A stretch of DNA of 27,734 nt from a virus. Lineage: Duplodnaviria; Caudoviricetes. The notes beneath the pieces were generated by a model. The model did no database searches, was not told the origin of the DNA, and worked only from the letters and a program-made list of their open reading frames with translations. How positions within the stretch are numbered: position 1 is the stretch's first letter; the number at the start of each line of letters is the position of its first letter. Positions 25,690 to 27,734 of this stretch are shown piece by piece. Both the position numbers and the translations under genes were made by a program. The stretch covers positions 1 to 27,734 of IMG/VR virus record IMGVR_UViG_3300011336_000712; one strand, 5' to 3'.

Positions 25690-27436
25690 AACTCATCTCC
25701 TTTTGTAAAGCTTCTAACGTTCGATACAGATACGGGGTTAAATCCAATCTTGGATCCGCAGCCATCGGAAGATCCGGTGATTGCGGGTGGGGCGTCTGCA
25801 TCATTCCCCCCACTAGCTTGGCAAACTGAGAGTAAGCACTCTGCAATTCGTTAACCATCCTGAACGGGAACCCAGATAACATCTCGGCCCGTTCCTCATC
25901 CGTCTTAGACGGGAAGAGGTATTTCAGTGCTTCAATGCTATCAACACCTAATTCTTGCAGGTTTCGCACCACGATGGAGTTGTTGAGAATATCTTGTGTC
26001 GAATCTTCATACACAGGACCTAACCAACGCCAAAGCATTGTGACATCCCCGTCAGGAATCAAGCCCATGACTCCGGGTGGAATCTGCTGGGCCTGAACAC
26101 AAGCCATCATTAACTGTTTAACTTTATCGTTGTGTTGCTTAAGAGCCTCTTCATATGCAGCAACTTCTTCCTCAGGTGAACCCTTGGAAGGAGCAACAGG
26201 TTTCTCAAGTCCGGCTGCTTGTGCCAGGGTGTTCTTGAAGAGCTGCTCTTCTTGATAGATGATTAATTCAAGGCAACGGCAGATACCATGCGTATAGATG
26301 GCATTTGCTTTTTTCTTGGAAGTTGCGGAAACACGTCCAAACAGCGACTTGTATTCCGTTGCTGTTACACCGGCGGAAATAGAAAGTTCATCAACGCCGC
26401 CAAGTGCGGTGCGAATCTCTTCTCGATACTGCCGTGCAAATGCGTTTTGGTCACCAGTGATGGCATCTGGAACAATGTAACCAACACGGTCGTTTGGCTC
26501 CAGGTTAGCAATAACGCGTGGCACGCGGATAGTACCGTCTACTCCACGACTGATGGGATCAGATTTAAACGTCGACCGGCTTAATGCACTGGGACTATTG
26601 AAGCCGGAGTTTGCAGCAATGGAGGGACGCTGAATAGTGGTGTCGCCCCCAGCTTCCATCAGGTCCGTTTTGGGACGTGATGAGAGAAGTGTTGGGTTAC
26701 CAAAGAACTGCACATTCTTGCGCATCGTGCGAACCATTTCATCGTGAATGACGATATGGTTTGCCATCGAATCAAAATCTCCGACCCCTTCAGTAGAGAA
26801 ACCTTTGGGGTTGTTGAAGATTTCAACGCAAGGGATAAAGCCTAACGTATTTTTAAACGTTTTAGTTTTCCCTGGTACTGCATAGGAAGGCATGTCAAAT
26901 GACATCTCACCTTCAGCATGAGTCTCTTCAATTTCATCGGCTTTAATAGAAAGCCTGATGTAACGCTTAGCACCCTGGTCGCCTGTTACCGTTGAACCAG
27001 TAATGCTCTTGATGTTGATATTATCATTCAAACCAAAGCCCTTGCGGACTTTATAGCTGTAGATGATTACCACCTCATCCAACTCACCGTCTACGTTGTA
27101 ATAAGAACGGTACTCGTGAGCACGGAAGTAATAAAGGCGATAGCTCACCTTAGTGGGACGGATATAAAAAAGACCCTTCCCGTCACACAAGAAGTATTCC
27201 CAAATGGAATCCAGGCGGATATCCATCTTGTTGTACTTCAGTACACGGTCAAGAAAGTCTTTGCGTTGTGCGCCAAAGTTATCTTGGGATGGAAAAAATT
27301 CAACTCCTTGGCGAATGCCGAAAAGTTTCATCTGAGCAATGTGAGACGCAATGATGCCCGTGTCGACGCCAACACTCCCATCTTTCTCAAGATAGGAATT
27401 GACCATTTCCTTAAGTCGACTTACAGCGTCAGCCAC
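25118..27436 (-). CDS. Putative portal protein with long C-terminal extension
   Basis: Size and position upstream of scaffold and capsid; NTLGFIPCVEIFN...GVGDF segment is portal-like; GAGGAG RBS. Confidence 0.75.
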   Translation of the reverse strand: MADAVSRLKEMVNSYLEKDGSVGVDTGIIASHIAQMKLFGIRQGVEFFPSQDNFGAQRKDFLDRVLKYNKMDIRLDSIWEYFLCDGKGLFYIRPTKVSYRLYYFRAHEYRSYYNVDGELDEVVIIYSYKVRKGFGLNDNINIKSITGSTVTGDQGAKRYIRLSIKADEIEETHAEGEMSFDMPSYAVPGKTKTFKNTLGFIPCVEIFNNPKGFSTEGVGDFDSMANHIVIHDEMVRTMRKNVQFFGNPTLLSSRPKTDLMEAGGDTTIQRPSIAANSGFNSPSALSRSTFKSDPISRGVDGTIRVPRVIANLEPNDRVGYIVPDAITGDQNAFARQYREEIRTALGGVDELSISAGVTATEYKSLFGRVSATSKKKANAIYTHGICRCLELIIYQEEQLFKNTLAQAAGLEKPVAPSKGSPEEEVAAYEEALKQHNDKVKQLMMACVQAQQIPPGVMGLIPDGDVTMLWRWLGPVYEDSTQDILNNSIVVRNLQELGVDSIEALKYLFPSKTDEERAEMLSGFPFRMVNELQSAYSQFAKLVGGMMQTPHPQSPDLPMAADPRLDLTPYLYRTLEALQKEMSYAGRYRPIDPTDEPRTAVSSPEQLRDSSGSGAQQLPSGSGGVPSGDRLPPSDSSSEYQLPIRPYSVRPPIPTGGSSSGESMGIGVQQGGEPAERTSSIPVPGSTISSDELYPGQLRTAQQPSYLELGSPDLINQPGLIAQLFPNFLESLLGGRSGLPGSEPGKPSSDRRVRGGSSGSAKPVRPSTRRNAR

Positions 27437-27471
27437 TATTGCTCCTCTGTTTTAGTAATACTAACAATAAA

Positions 27472-27734
27472 TCAAGAAACTGTTTTGTTCTGGAACCCAG
27501 CCGGGGGTGTCATTTGCCCAAGCTGAGGCCCCATGTAAAAACCAGCATTACCCATCGGTGTTCCTCCCGCTCCAGGCATGGAAGCACCAGGGACACCTTG
27601 CCGCATGATTTCTTGGAACCGTTGAAAACCTCGTTGTTCTTGGCTTGGTCCCAGGATGCGATTTAATTTTTCCAAGCCCATATGATGTTGAAAATCTGCC
27701 TGGGACATGGGAAGGCGCGGGTCTTGTCCAACGG
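27472..27734 (-). CDS. Hypothetical protein, probably 5'-truncated by the window edge
   Basis: Frame stays open upstream of ATG 27708 (VGQDPRLP-M) to the window end. Confidence 0.6.
   Translation of the reverse strand, partial: VGQDPRLPMSQADFQHHMGLEKLNRILGPSQEQRGFQRFQEIMRQGVPGASMPGAGGTPMGNAGFYMGPQLGQMTPPAGFQNKTVS

Overview
A 27.7 kb segment of a tailed dsDNA phage genome. The host is probably a cyanobacterium, judging from an NblA-like gene and a group I intron with a cyanobacterial-type core. Most genes are on the minus strand: portal-like, scaffold-like, major capsid, head accessory, virion and tail-fibre genes, plus four different peptidoglycan-hydrolase-like genes. A small plus-strand cluster holds HTH, methyltransferase-like, dCTP deaminase and DUF3310 genes. 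The most striking feature is a pair of related antisense HNH endonuclease cassettes (about 19228-19836 and 20750-21300). Each sits inside one end of a phage gene and carries a synonymously recoded copy of the piece it displaced. Cassette 1 supplies a -10 box, RBS and first 30 codons; cassette 2 supplies the last 10 codons, stop and terminator. The displaced end remains as an orphan on the other side of the nuclease. Also present: a 277-nt ORF-less group I intron after codon 4 of the capsid gene, a 572-nt portal/scaffold overlap, a circularly permuted M23 peptidase, a split SWIM-like zinc finger, and a 38-aa module shared by two lysins. All product calls come from motif recognition by eye; no database searches were run.
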